Below, piece by piece: positions 30,980-41,800 of a DNA stretch of 64,000 nucleotides. The notes beneath the pieces were generated by a model that saw only the letters and a list, made by a program, of their open reading frames with translations, was not told the origin of the DNA and made no database searches. The stretch comes from Leptothrix sp. (in: b-proteobacteria). GTDB taxonomy: Bacteria > Pseudomonadota > Gammaproteobacteria > Burkholderiales > Burkholderiaceae_C. The stretch is from positions 3,740-67,739 of the forward strand of contig JBFPGZ010000013.1 in NCBI GenBank assembly GCA_041083665.1, in the 5' to 3' direction. Position numbers and translations under genes: made by a program. Numbering within the stretch: position 1 is the first letter of the stretch; each line of letters starts with the position of its first letter.

Positions 30980-33022
30980 CTACGGCGCGCTGGCCTCCGG
31001 GCTCGGATGCCTGGCCAGATCGCGGTGAATCAGATTACCCAGCAACACCGTGGTCAGGCCGCCGCCCAGCCCGTCGGTGCCGCCACCAGCCACGATGTCC
31101 GGCACGATCTTGACGTGGCCCTTGGCCAGCGCTTCGGCCACCTGCACGACGGCGTAGTTGCCGGCTTCCATCGAGCTGACCTTCTGCTCGATCACCTTGG
31201 CCTCGGCGCTGCCCACCGCCAGGATCTTGGCGCCTTCGGCCTCACCGACGGTGCGCAGCACGGTGGCATCGGCTTCGGCGTTGATGGTCTTGGAGCGCGC
31301 ATTGCCTTCGGCGAACTTGACGGCGGCGCTGGCCTCGAACTCGGCGATCGTGACCTTGCGCTCGGCATCGACGACGCGGGCCTGGGTGTCGGCCAACGCG
31401 GTGGCTTGCTGCAGCTCCTGGCGCACGCCCTGGGCCTGGCGCTGGGTTTCGTAGGTGACACGCTCCTGCTCGGCAATCTTGCGATCGGTCAGGGTCTTCA
31501 TCAGCGCATCGGGCGGCACGATATCGCCGATCAGGGTATCCACGGCGCCGACGTTGTATTCCTTCAGCGCCGCTGAAATGGCATTGCGCGCCTCGTCCTG
31601 ACGCTCCGAGCGGCTTTTCAGAAAATCGATGATGTCGCTGCCCTGCGCGGCGTTGCGGAAATAGTTGCCGATGGTCGGCTCCAGCACCTGCGTGACCAGC
31701 GCGCTCATGTCGCCAAACCGGGCGATCACCTTCGGCGCGTCATTGCGCGGAATATGGATGATCTGCGAGACATCCAGATTGAACTTGAAGCCATCGGCCG
31801 AGCGCACCGTGATGGTGGACAGATTGGCGTCGAGCTTGTGCGCCTCGGTCTTGTCGGTGGCCCAATTCAGCACCACATTGGCGGTCGGCACATTGACGAC
31901 ACGGTGAGTATTCGGGTTGATCGGATACTTGCCCGGGTCGAGCGGATCAACCCAAACGCCTTTTTCGCCTTTCGACACCAGATTGCCGTGCTTGAAGGTT
32001 TCGCCGGTGACGTCCTTGCCTTCCTTGCCGACGTAGGCGATGACCACGCCGACATTGGCAATCGGCACCGTGAACATGTCAACCGCCTCGACCGTGACGA
32101 AGCGCGGATTCAAAAAATACCGCCCGGCCAGCAGCACCTGCTCCTGCAAGCCCTTGAATCCACCGTTGGCGATGAATTTATCAGGATCCTGGAACATGTC
32201 GTGCCCAGCCACCTCGCCGCCGGCAATTTCTCCGGTGGCCAGCGGCGCACCTTCCTTGGTGGTGGCCACGCCGATCTTGTTTTCAGGAATATCGACCACG
32301 TCGAACAGGCGCACGTCAAACAGAATCGGGTTGATCCGGTAGTTGCCCGGCGGGATGATTTTCAGCTGCGGGCCGCGCTCGCCACCGCCGGCATAGAACG
32401 CGTTGGCATCCTGATACGAGTCGCATTCAACGCCGCGCGCCACGACCCGACCGATCGGCAGCGGATTACCGTCATGAGCCTCCACCACACCGAGCTTGCC
32501 TTGCGGAATTTCAGTGGCGTCGAAGAGTTCGACCGTGAACAACAGCGGGTTGATGCGGTAGGTTCCCGGAGGAATCACCTTCATCTGCGGACCGCGCTCG
32601 CCGCCGTTCTGGAGGAATGTGCGAGCATCCTGAAAGAAGTTGCAATCCACATCCCTGGCAATCACCCGCCCGCCCGGCAACGGTTTGCCGTCGCAGGCTT
32701 GCACGACACCGATCTTGCCTTGCGGAATGACGGCAAACTTGACCAGATCAATCTTGAACTGCCAGGGCCAGAAGCCGATGTGCAGCCCCGGCGACAAACT
32801 GTCGGCCTGAAAACCCGCTTCACCAGCGAGCGCAATGATCTGCCCATCCGCCATGGTGCGATTGTCACCGACGAGAACAAATTTCTTGGTGACCGAGCCA
32901 ATACTGTCATCCGGAACGATGATGACGCCAAACAACCAAAGTATTTGCCGCCATAACAGGACGCTGCCGGCAATCAAGATGATCGCTGCGATCGTGCCGG
33001 GATGGCTGATGATTTCTTCCAT
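30980..33022 (-). CDS. Flotillin-family (SPFH/band-7, YqiK-like) membrane protein with four internal tandem modules
   Basis: N-terminal TM segment. Four roughly 65-aa repeats fit the pattern 'IPxGKxGVVxxxDGxPLPxGRVxARxVxCxxxQDAxxFxxxGGERGPQxKxIPPGxYRINPxLF'. The C-terminus is E/A-rich coiled coil ('AEFEASAAVKFAEGNARSK...') like flotillins. Start placed at MEEI with a GGAGG RBS. Confidence 0.75.
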   Translation of the reverse strand: MEEIISHPGTIAAIILIAGSVLLWRQILWLFGVIIVPDDSIGSVTKKFVLVGDNRTMADGQIIALAGEAGFQADSLSPGLHIGFWPWQFKIDLVKFAVIPQGKIGVVQACDGKPLPGGRVIARDVDCNFFQDARTFLQNGGERGPQMKVIPPGTYRINPLLFTVELFDATEIPQGKLGVVEAHDGNPLPIGRVVARGVECDSYQDANAFYAGGGERGPQLKIIPPGNYRINPILFDVRLFDVVDIPENKIGVATTKEGAPLATGEIAGGEVAGHDMFQDPDKFIANGGFKGLQEQVLLAGRYFLNPRFVTVEAVDMFTVPIANVGVVIAYVGKEGKDVTGETFKHGNLVSKGEKGVWVDPLDPGKYPINPNTHRVVNVPTANVVLNWATDKTEAHKLDANLSTITVRSADGFKFNLDVSQIIHIPRNDAPKVIARFGDMSALVTQVLEPTIGNYFRNAAQGSDIIDFLKSRSERQDEARNAISAALKEYNVGAVDTLIGDIVPPDALMKTLTDRKIAEQERVTYETQRQAQGVRQELQQATALADTQARVVDAERKVTIAEFEASAAVKFAEGNARSKTINAEADATVLRTVGEAEGAKILAVGSAEAKVIEQKVSSMEAGNYAVVQVAEALAKGHVKIVPDIVAGGGTDGLGGGLTTVLLGNLIHRDLARHPSPEASAP
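31880..32740 (-). repeat. Four tandem roughly 195-bp (about 65-codon) intragenic repeats in the flotillin gene
   Basis: Repeated protein modules are listed above. The nucleotide copies are diverged, about 60-70% identical. Confidence 0.6.
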
Positions 33023-33333
33023 GACGCTCCTCGCTCCTCTCGTGGGATAGGGCATGGAACCTAACACGCATCGGGTGTCGTGTCAGCAGCCGCAGCCTCG
33101 ATCGAAGTAAGTCGAACCTCATCGGCAAGGATGCCCATCCTCATCGACAAGTAGACCTGTCGTTTTCGACCCACAGACCTTAGCCACCAAGCTCGCGAAC
33201 CGGTTCCGCATCGCTTGGGCCAAATGATTTTTATCAAGTCAACCCACTGAATCAGTGCAAATCAGGTCAGCAGATTGCAAATTTTTCACTAAACCGATTA
33301 GCATCACCCCAGAACACTCAGGGGTTTGCTCAT

Positions 33334-34011
33334 ATGAAGATCAGTCTGGTCGTTGCAGATGGTCATCAACTATTCAGAGAGGGGTTGGTCGCACTGCTGC
33401 AGCACTTGCCCGACCTGGAAGTGCGAGGCCAGGCCTGTGACGGCCTGGAGCTGCTTTGCCGGGTCCGTGAACACCAGCCGGACGTGCTGCTGCTCGACCC
33501 GGTCCTGCCCAAGCTCAGCGGCCTGGAAGCCATGCGCCGCCTGCGCACCGAACCGCTGCCCACCCGCATGCTGTGTGTCGCCGCCGACGACGACCCCGAC
33601 CAGATGCTCGCCGCCATGAACGCTGGCGCCCACGGCTACCTGCTCAAATGCGACTCCCCCGAAGGCTTGGTCCACGCCATCCGCAAGGTGCACGCCAACC
33701 AGCCGCACTATTGCAGCGAGCTGATGCGTGAATACATGCGCCGCAGCGGCACCCCCGCACCCGAAGCCAAGTCGCCCCTGCACTGCTTGACCCAACGCGA
33801 GCGCCAGATCATCCAGCTATTTGCCGAGGGTTACTCCACCCAAGAAATCGCCGACCAATTGCACCTCAGCACCAAAACCGTCGCCACCCACCGCGAACAC
33901 ATCTTCGAGAAACTCAAGTTGCGCAACGTGGTGGAGTTGACGAGGTTTGCGTTGAGGGTGGGAATCTCCAGCCTCTACTTCGGACGGTCCTATTCCCATG
34001 CGGATTACTAA
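33334..34011 (+). CDS. NarL/FixJ (LuxR-type) response regulator, orphan
   Basis: REC domain ('VLLLDPVLPKLSGLEAM') plus a C-terminal LuxR HTH ('LTQRERQIIQLFAEGYSTQEIADQLHLSTKTVATHREHIFEKL'). No adjacent histidine kinase. Confidence 0.85.
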   Translation: MKISLVVADGHQLFREGLVALLQHLPDLEVRGQACDGLELLCRVREHQPDVLLLDPVLPKLSGLEAMRRLRTEPLPTRMLCVAADDDPDQMLAAMNAGAHGYLLKCDSPEGLVHAIRKVHANQPHYCSELMREYMRRSGTPAPEAKSPLHCLTQRERQIIQLFAEGYSTQEIADQLHLSTKTVATHREHIFEKLKLRNVVELTRFALRVGISSLYFGRSYSHADY

Positions 34012-34119
34012 AATACGGGCGTTTGATCCATACATCGTCGTTGTCCAGCTTTGTTGCACAAATCCCATCGCCTGAGCACCTAAAATCTAGTGGCCAACTG
34101 CTCTTGGTGAAACAAGCGA

Positions 34120-35814
34120 TTAGAACAGGGTGGCCACAATCTGTGCCGTGATGTAGTAGTTCTTGTTCTCTTCTGGACGGTGACGCAGCGGAATCCCGAG
34201 GGTGACTCGAGAGGTTAGCCATTTGTCGTATGACAGAGCGCAGCCCCAGCCACCACCGTTGATCTCATCCACGCCTAGATCGGATCCAACTGGACGGTAT
34301 GGCTTTGTGATCCCGTGATCAAGTAAAAAATACCCAGACAATTTCGTTTGATTACCGATGTCCAGTGGAATGGGATGGTGAAGTTCGGCACTGATGACAC
34401 GCCCACTGTCGCCACTGTACAAGCCCATTTGATAGCCACGGACCGTCCCTTCGCCTCCGATCATGAATTGTTCAGACGAAGGCAGAAGGTTGTCCCCTGT
34501 GACCTGAAAACTGGCAGTACCGTGCAACGACCAACCAGGAGCAAGATCCTGAACCCGCCGGAAGTTGGCCCGTGTGAGGTGGTAATTCTTGCCTTGCGCG
34601 TCGGAAGCTTGCGCATGTCCGGATAGATAGGTCAGGGCTGCAGTCCAATAACCGAGTTCATCCACTGCTTGCCAATCCAAGGCTAGGTGCTTGTCAGCCG
34701 TGCGCATGTCCTGCAACTCAACACCACCAGTCCAACTCAGTACCTCGCGCTTGCTGAACCCAACCGAGCCCTCCAGATAGCGCTCGCTGTCGAAGTACAG
34801 CGGGTGCCGCAAATCCGTGCCGTAGGATTTGGCCTCACCAGTAATCTGCAAATCCTTGAATGAACCATAAACCACCCGCGTCTTGTCAAAGTTATAGGCG
34901 GCCGCCAGACGCGTTCCCCACGTATTGATCGGCAGTGAGTAATTGACCCCATAGCCGGCAAGACCTGTTGTTCTTGAATAGTTGAGAGCCAGCCCATCGC
35001 GCAGCCCGAACAGGCTGTGATTCTGGTACATCAAACCGGTTCGCACGTCCCCCGTGGAGTGACTACCTTGGTTATCGACATAAAACCGCAAATCATTCTT
35101 TGGCGGCTCGATCAGTTTCATGTGCACATCCGATTCGCCAAAAACCCCACCCGGCTTCAACTCAGCCGCTAACTGAGCATCGTTGGTTCGGTTGAATCGA
35201 ATCAATTCCTGCTCAAGTACGGTGATATCAGGCAGGCTGCCTGCCGGCTGCTTGATCCATTCCTTGACGTAATTGACACTCGTATCCTTTGCACCTTCGA
35301 CAAATATCTTGCCGATGTGGCCTTCGATCAGTCGGATCTTGACCGTGCCATCGACCACCTGTTGCTGCGGCAAAATAGGCTCCGCCGTGACCACGCCCAG
35401 TTTCCGGTAGCGTTGAATGATCTTGTCAAGCAAGGTCTGCAAATCACCCATGGTGACCTCACGCCCCTCGAATTCCCGCGCCAGCGATGCGAGATCCTCG
35501 GTTTTGAGAATTTCGGATGGCGTGAATTCGATATGCTTGAGGTAAAAGCGCGCGGTCAACGATTGTATTCGTGGTGCAGGAAGTGCCTGCTTGTCCAGCG
35601 GTTTGAGAACCGCTGGCGGGCGATCCGCTCCCTCTTGCAAGCGCTGATCCTGTTCCATCGTCCGCCGCTGTATGGCGCCTGCATCAATGGCAGGAGGCAA
35701 CTTGACCTGAGCTGACACGCTGGCTCCGAGGCAGCCCAGTAAAACGGCGGGCCCCAAATAATAGCTAGCCACCTGCCGGCCATAAACAACAGCTCTGGAT
35801 CGCTTGGACATCAT
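34120..35814 (-). CDS. TPS transporter (TpsB; ShlB/FhaC/HecB family)
   Basis: Signal peptide, POTRA-region homology and a beta-barrel; 564 aa. Its start overlaps the tpsA-2 stop codon (ATGATG/TGA), suggesting translational coupling. Confidence 0.8.
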   Translation of the reverse strand: MMSKRSRAVVYGRQVASYYLGPAVLLGCLGASVSAQVKLPPAIDAGAIQRRTMEQDQRLQEGADRPPAVLKPLDKQALPAPRIQSLTARFYLKHIEFTPSEILKTEDLASLAREFEGREVTMGDLQTLLDKIIQRYRKLGVVTAEPILPQQQVVDGTVKIRLIEGHIGKIFVEGAKDTSVNYVKEWIKQPAGSLPDITVLEQELIRFNRTNDAQLAAELKPGGVFGESDVHMKLIEPPKNDLRFYVDNQGSHSTGDVRTGLMYQNHSLFGLRDGLALNYSRTTGLAGYGVNYSLPINTWGTRLAAAYNFDKTRVVYGSFKDLQITGEAKSYGTDLRHPLYFDSERYLEGSVGFSKREVLSWTGGVELQDMRTADKHLALDWQAVDELGYWTAALTYLSGHAQASDAQGKNYHLTRANFRRVQDLAPGWSLHGTASFQVTGDNLLPSSEQFMIGGEGTVRGYQMGLYSGDSGRVISAELHHPIPLDIGNQTKLSGYFLLDHGITKPYRPVGSDLGVDEINGGGWGCALSYDKWLTSRVTLGIPLRHRPEENKNYYITAQIVATLF

Positions 35815-38800
35815 TTGGCCTTGCTCCGCGTATTCGTTGACTTGTTTGCATCCCCGGTCGATGCTGGCTCATCGACAACCTGGACAGCGGCGGCCATCCA
35901 GGGCTTAGGCGCAATCAGTAGTTCCCCCAGACTCAGCAAAGGCCCACGCGACGGCCATGGCGGACCGTTTTTACTCTCAACTCCAGAACGCGCCTCCTCG
36001 GCCGCACTGGTGTCACGCCGGCCGTTCATGACCACGCCATGATCGGGGTCGCGCATCAGGACATAGGCATCGTTGACCATCGTCGTCCAGCCATCCAGCA
36101 ACAGATTCGAGAACGAACCACTCGACGAGAAGAGCTGCACATCTGCAGCCTGCCGGATAGCCTTGCTCGTGTTGTCCATCAACACGTCAGTGACCGGATT
36201 GCTGAAGGTGGCGGTGTTCTGCACATACCCATGATTGATGGCCATGAATCCATCCGGGACACGGATATTGCCGTTCACCGCCGAGAACTCATCCAGTACC
36301 GTCCCCACAGGGTCGCGGAAGGTCAATTCAACCTGGGCGGCCGGAGCGCCTTGCGGGCCGGTGACCGAACCATGCAAGGGTTTGGATGGATTCTTGCCAG
36401 TGATCGAGGCCGAGATGGTTTCGGCGCTCAAAAGCACGCTGTCGTTCGCCTGCGCGTTATCGATCACCAAATTGTGGCGAGCCGAGGTATTCGCACCATT
36501 GGCCGTCAGCTGCTTGATATTCAAATTGCCGGTCAACGCGGCCAGATCAGCCAGCCCGCCTGCGCTCACGGTACCCAATTTCAGATCACGATGGGCCTTG
36601 ACAACGGCATCACCGGTTTGCGCCTGCAAGGTATCCACCGCCACATCGCGGCCGGCTGTCGCCAGGACATCATGGGATGCAGACAGGCTGGTCACCGTGA
36701 TATCTCCGCCAGCCACCAGTTTTGCATCGTTGCCGGCTGCCACGGTATCCACAGCCATGGCCCCCGCCGACGACATATCCACATTGCCAACACTCGTCGT
36801 CACCCGGCTGGCCGTGAGGCCAGCACCCGAAACCAGCGTGACGTCCTTTACAGCCTGCACCGTGCTGGCATTCATCGCGCCAGCCGAGGTCATATTCGTG
36901 CGATCGGCCGTCAGTTGCTTGATGGTCAAATTGCCAGTCTGCGCGGCCAGATCAGCCAGCCCGCCTGCGCTCACGGTACCCAATTTCAGATCACGATGGG
37001 CCTTGACAACGGCATCACCGGTTTGCGCCTGCAAGGTATCCACCGCCACATCGCGGCCGGCTGTCGCCAGGACATCATGGGATGCAGACAGGCTGGTCAC
37101 CGTGATATCTCCGCCAGCCACCAGTTTTGCATCGTTGCCGGCTGCCACGGTATCCACAGCCATGGCCCCCGCCGACGACATATCCACATTGCCAACACTC
37201 GTCGTCACCCGGCTGGCCGTGAGGCCAGCACCCGAAACCAGCGTGACGTCCTTTACAGCCTGCACCGTGCTGGCATTCATCGCGCCAGCCGAGGTCATAT
37301 TCGTGCGATCGGCCGTCAGTTGCTTGATGGTCAAATTGCCAGTCTGCGCGGCCAGATCAGCCAGCCCGCCTGCGCTCACGGTGCCCAATTTCAGATCACG
37401 ATGGGTCTTGACGACGGCGTCACCGGTTTGCGCCTGCAAGGTATCCACCACCACATCGCGGCCCGATGTCGCCAGGACATCATGGGATGCAGACAGGCTC
37501 GTCACCGTGATATCTCCGTCAGCCACCAGCTTCGCATCGTTGCCGGCTGCCACGGTATCCACAGCCATGGCACCTGCCGACGAAATATCTACCTTGCCAA
37601 CGCTCGTCGTTACCCGGCTGGCCGTGAGGCCAGCACCCGATACCAGCGTGACGTCCTTGGCAGCCTGCACTGTGCCGGCATTCATTGAGCCAGCGGTTGC
37701 AATTTGGATGCTGCCATTCTGGCTATTGGCATCAAACCATGCCACGTTCAATTCCAGAGCATCGGGCGTTGTCGCATCGATTCCCTGGGCAGTCACCTTG
37801 GCGTTACCGATGCCACCCTTGGCTTGCATCGTCAGACGGGCTCCTGCAGTCGTCGCAACCAGGTTGGCGCCGTTGGCATTTCCGCCATTGAGGATGCGAC
37901 CATTGGTCGTCAGTTTAATTGCAGCCGCAGATGCATTCGAAGTCGCCTCGATATGGCCAATGATCATGTCGCTCGTAGCACCGATTGTCACCGTTCCCTG
38001 CTCTGCACGGGTCACGGAGCCATCCTGCATCGTCAAACTGCCAGTCTGCACATCGATGTTCCCAGCCGAGGAATACAGCATCGCCGACGGAGCCATGTTG
38101 ATATCCGCGCCTGCGGACAAGTTCAGCGCCGTGGGTGCGGCAACCTTGCCCATCACGCCCATGTTAACCACTGAATGCAAATCAATAGCTGCAGCCGAAA
38201 CATCCTGGACGACAAAGCTGTGGCCCAACGGCCCAGCAAGATAGACTCCTTGCGATGCACTTGCGTCGATCCAGCCGTCTAGGTTGACACCAACTTCAAG
38301 TGCGTTGGTGCCTTGGCCAACGTTACCGTTCGCCGCGTGAAGGCTCACCGTCCTGCCGAGGATATTGAGGTAATCATCTGCGAAGGCGTCCAGGATAGAA
38401 CCTTTCGTCGATGTCAGATTCACCGCGCTGCGTGAGTAGACAGTATCAATGTTCAAGTTGTCCGATTTCACCAGATTGATATCGCCCGCTGCGCGGGCTG
38501 TCAGTGTGGCGGCACTTTTCAAATCGATGCGCAGCGGGCTGCTGGTCGAGCCGATAGCGCCATTGGCAGCCTCGAGTATCAGATTGCCTGCGTCAACTTT
38601 GACTGCAGGCGTTGACGTGGTCAGATTCTGAATCGAACCAATGACCTTGATCCGTGTGTCACCCACCGTATCGACGGTATCCAATACGCCATCGCCCAAC
38701 GAGGCCAGGTATGCGTTGCCGTTGTCGGAATTGCTGGCGTTCGTGCCGGCCACATTCACTGACAAACCGCCGGGTGCAGCAAAGTTGATCGGCTTGCGGT

Positions 38801-41800
38801 TCAGGACAGTGATGTCGTTTTTATTGAACAGCAGATCACCGCGTTCTGCCATCGCCAGGGCTACCTTCATAGTGTCGGTCAGGCAGGTGCTCCCCGTAAC
38901 GCAAGCAGGATCCACATCATATGGCACTGTTACTGCTGTCTTGGTTTCTCCGATAGCCGTGTCTGCCTCGAGCGTCACGTGATTACCGCGCACATTAGCG
39001 TTTTTCTGCACCGGATTGGTATTCGTGACCTCCTTCAGGGCTCCCACATTGATTGAAATTGCCAGCTCTCGATCCGTCCAGGACGAGCCCTTTTGCAGGG
39101 GATCTTTGTCACTCTGCGTTGCGACATAGTGATAATTCGGGTCAAAGATCGCGGTGAACGAACCGACGGCGGTATTGAGCGCATGATATTGCGCAGTGCG
39201 CGCAGTTTCGAAATCTGCGATCTGCAGATTGGTCATGTTCAATGCATCACGCTCGGCTTTCGTCGCAGTGTAGGTAAAGGTGGGGTCGAACACAGAGCTA
39301 TCCGCCTGCCGGGCGCGAATCTGCCAGTAGAGGCGATAGTCCTGCGTGCGCAAGTTTTCGAGGGAAGCCACGGCCTGATTCAACAGGTCGGCATTCTCCT
39401 GAGTTCCACTGCGCAGACCCACGCTGTCCCAGTATTTGAGAAGTCCGTCCCAAGTAGTATGGTTGATGCCCTCGATGGCATTGTTGTCGATGATCCGCCC
39501 GGCTGTCTTCAAGCGCACATCGCCGCCTTGCGAGACCACGGTATTCACCAGAAGGTCGCCGTTGGCGTTGCCGCTCCAGCCAATGGACTGGATGCCGATA
39601 TCGTTCTGGGCGGAGGCAGTCAGGCCATAGTATCCGCGACTCATCAGCTCATCCGTATAGCCGACCTTGAGCTTTAGCGGTGTGTCAATGCTGCCGATTG
39701 TCCCGGTCCTGGAGGTGAGATCCATCAGGTTGGCCTGAATGTCGTACCCTGCAGCACCCTGGATGTCACCTGCGGCATCGATCATCAGGCGACCCAGGCC
39801 GTCAGCAGCCTTGCCGGCAGCATTGACCAGACCCAGGTTGAGGTTGCCGAGGGTCTGACTCAGCACCACGTTGCCGTTTGCCGCGCTCGCATTGATAATA
39901 CCTCCTGCCGTGATCGCCAGTTTCAGAGGCGTTGCCGTCTGGGTCTGCAGGTCGTAACTGCCAATGCTACCTGCGGCGGTCAGATCGAGATTCTTGGTGC
40001 TGATCAGGCCTTTGTCGCCTTTCTGCAGGATGGAGCCAGTAGAACTCAAAGTCGTCGTTCCAGCAACATTATGGATGGCACCTTGCACCAGCACGTCGGC
40101 CTTGGAATCGACTTTCAGACCACCTTGATCGAAGCCGATGAAATCTATACCGATATTGTGATCGGCCTTGAAGGACTTGGTGGTGATCGTGGTTGTTCCA
40201 GTGGTTTGGGTCCAATTGCTGTAAACATCCTGGGCTGCGCAGAGTGTCCACCAGTTACAATCCATCCATTGAGCCGTCTTCACCCGAACATCGCTCGTTA
40301 TGAAAGTATTTGACGTAGACACGAATGGTGTATTTATTTTGCTTTTATCCGTGATCAGATAAGTAGCATTTTCGAGTTGATAGGAATTTTTCGTGAAGGG
40401 CCCCGATTGATTCACTATTGTAATATCTGCTGGGAACGCTCCCTGCGTGGCCTCTACGCCGAGAACCGTTGTCCCCTTGACTTGATAGTTGGTATACGTT
40501 GAGTCATCAGTACCTGTACTCCAGACATAACGTAGCCCCTCTTGCGGAGTGTAAGTGGCATTGCGGCCGTTGTTGTTGATAGGGTCGATAACGATATTGC
40601 TAGCGCCGGTCTCTTCGAAGCTGCCATTCTTATTGATGGTGCCAGTATTTGAGACAGACTTCATCGCCCCAACCCCGGACGTGGGATCGTAGTCACGGGT
40701 GTAGACGGAATGGATTGCCTGCGATGTGTGGTCGATATTGTTGACCGACTGGATATCCATGATGTCGATCTTGCCCGCAGTGCCGCGCAAGGTTCCGGTG
40801 GGGTCGCTGCCAGTATCCAGGTTGTTGATGACGACGGTCTTGGTCGTCTGGTTGCTCACATTGATCTGACCATAGCCATCGAGAACACGCAGCTTGCCGA
40901 CGTTATCACTGCCGGTATTCATGATCTGGCCAAACAACTGGATGTAGCCGCCGCTGACCTTGGCACCATTGACTTCGAAACGATCCTTGATCGGGTCGTA
41001 ATAGGCCGCAATGTTGTCGCCATTGCTCGGCAGCAACGGGTACAAGCCAGAGGGGTTATTAGCCGTTCCTTCTGGCGATTTGGCAAAGGTCACGGCATTC
41101 GCCATGTCGTAGGTGATCTGCTTGGTCTTCGCGTTGTACGTGAAGCTGGCGCCACCGCTTTGCATCGTTACCGTATCACCAACCGACGTGGGCTTTGTTG
41201 GTGCGCTCCCCGGATCTGGATAAAGCAAAGAATACTGCTTATACAGAGCAAAGCGAGTCTTCCAATCATCAATTGCCTTGTCATAGTCCGCATTCAAAGA
41301 CGGATATTTATCGTAACTTGCCTGATAGTCATTGATCTTGGTGCCCAGTCCGAACATCGACGGCGTACCAGTCAGGGTCGGACTGTCGGTCAGGGTGAGC
41401 GTCCACTGATCGATGCCGCTTTGCACCGTGCTGTTGATGTTGAGATAACGCGCACTGATTATCACACTGCCGTTTGCAAGGATGCCGGTTCCCCTTGGCG
41501 TGCCGATATCATAGATCGACGCCTCGTCGCCACCGACGTGATAGAAACCATCGACATAACTCTTGACGAAGTCGCCGTTCTCCGCCTTGATATTGACCGT
41601 GCCGGCAACGATGCTGCCATTCGAGTAAATCGTCCCGGCCTTGCTCTGGACGGATACACCCCCACGCAGGTTGCTGATGTCGCCATTCAGCTCGATATCA
41701 GGAGCCGGTGCCGGAAGGTTGGCATACAACGGGCTGTTTGGGTCGTAATTGCTGGTGATGGTGATCGACGGCTTGGCCACGTCCGCGCCTTGCGAATCCC

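Noticed and set aside
36235-38244. 669-aa and 549-aa plus-strand ORFs (36039-37688 and 36235-38244)
   Set aside because: They are antisense to the 3' repeats of tpsA-2, and their internal repeats merely mirror the 405-bp tandem repeats.
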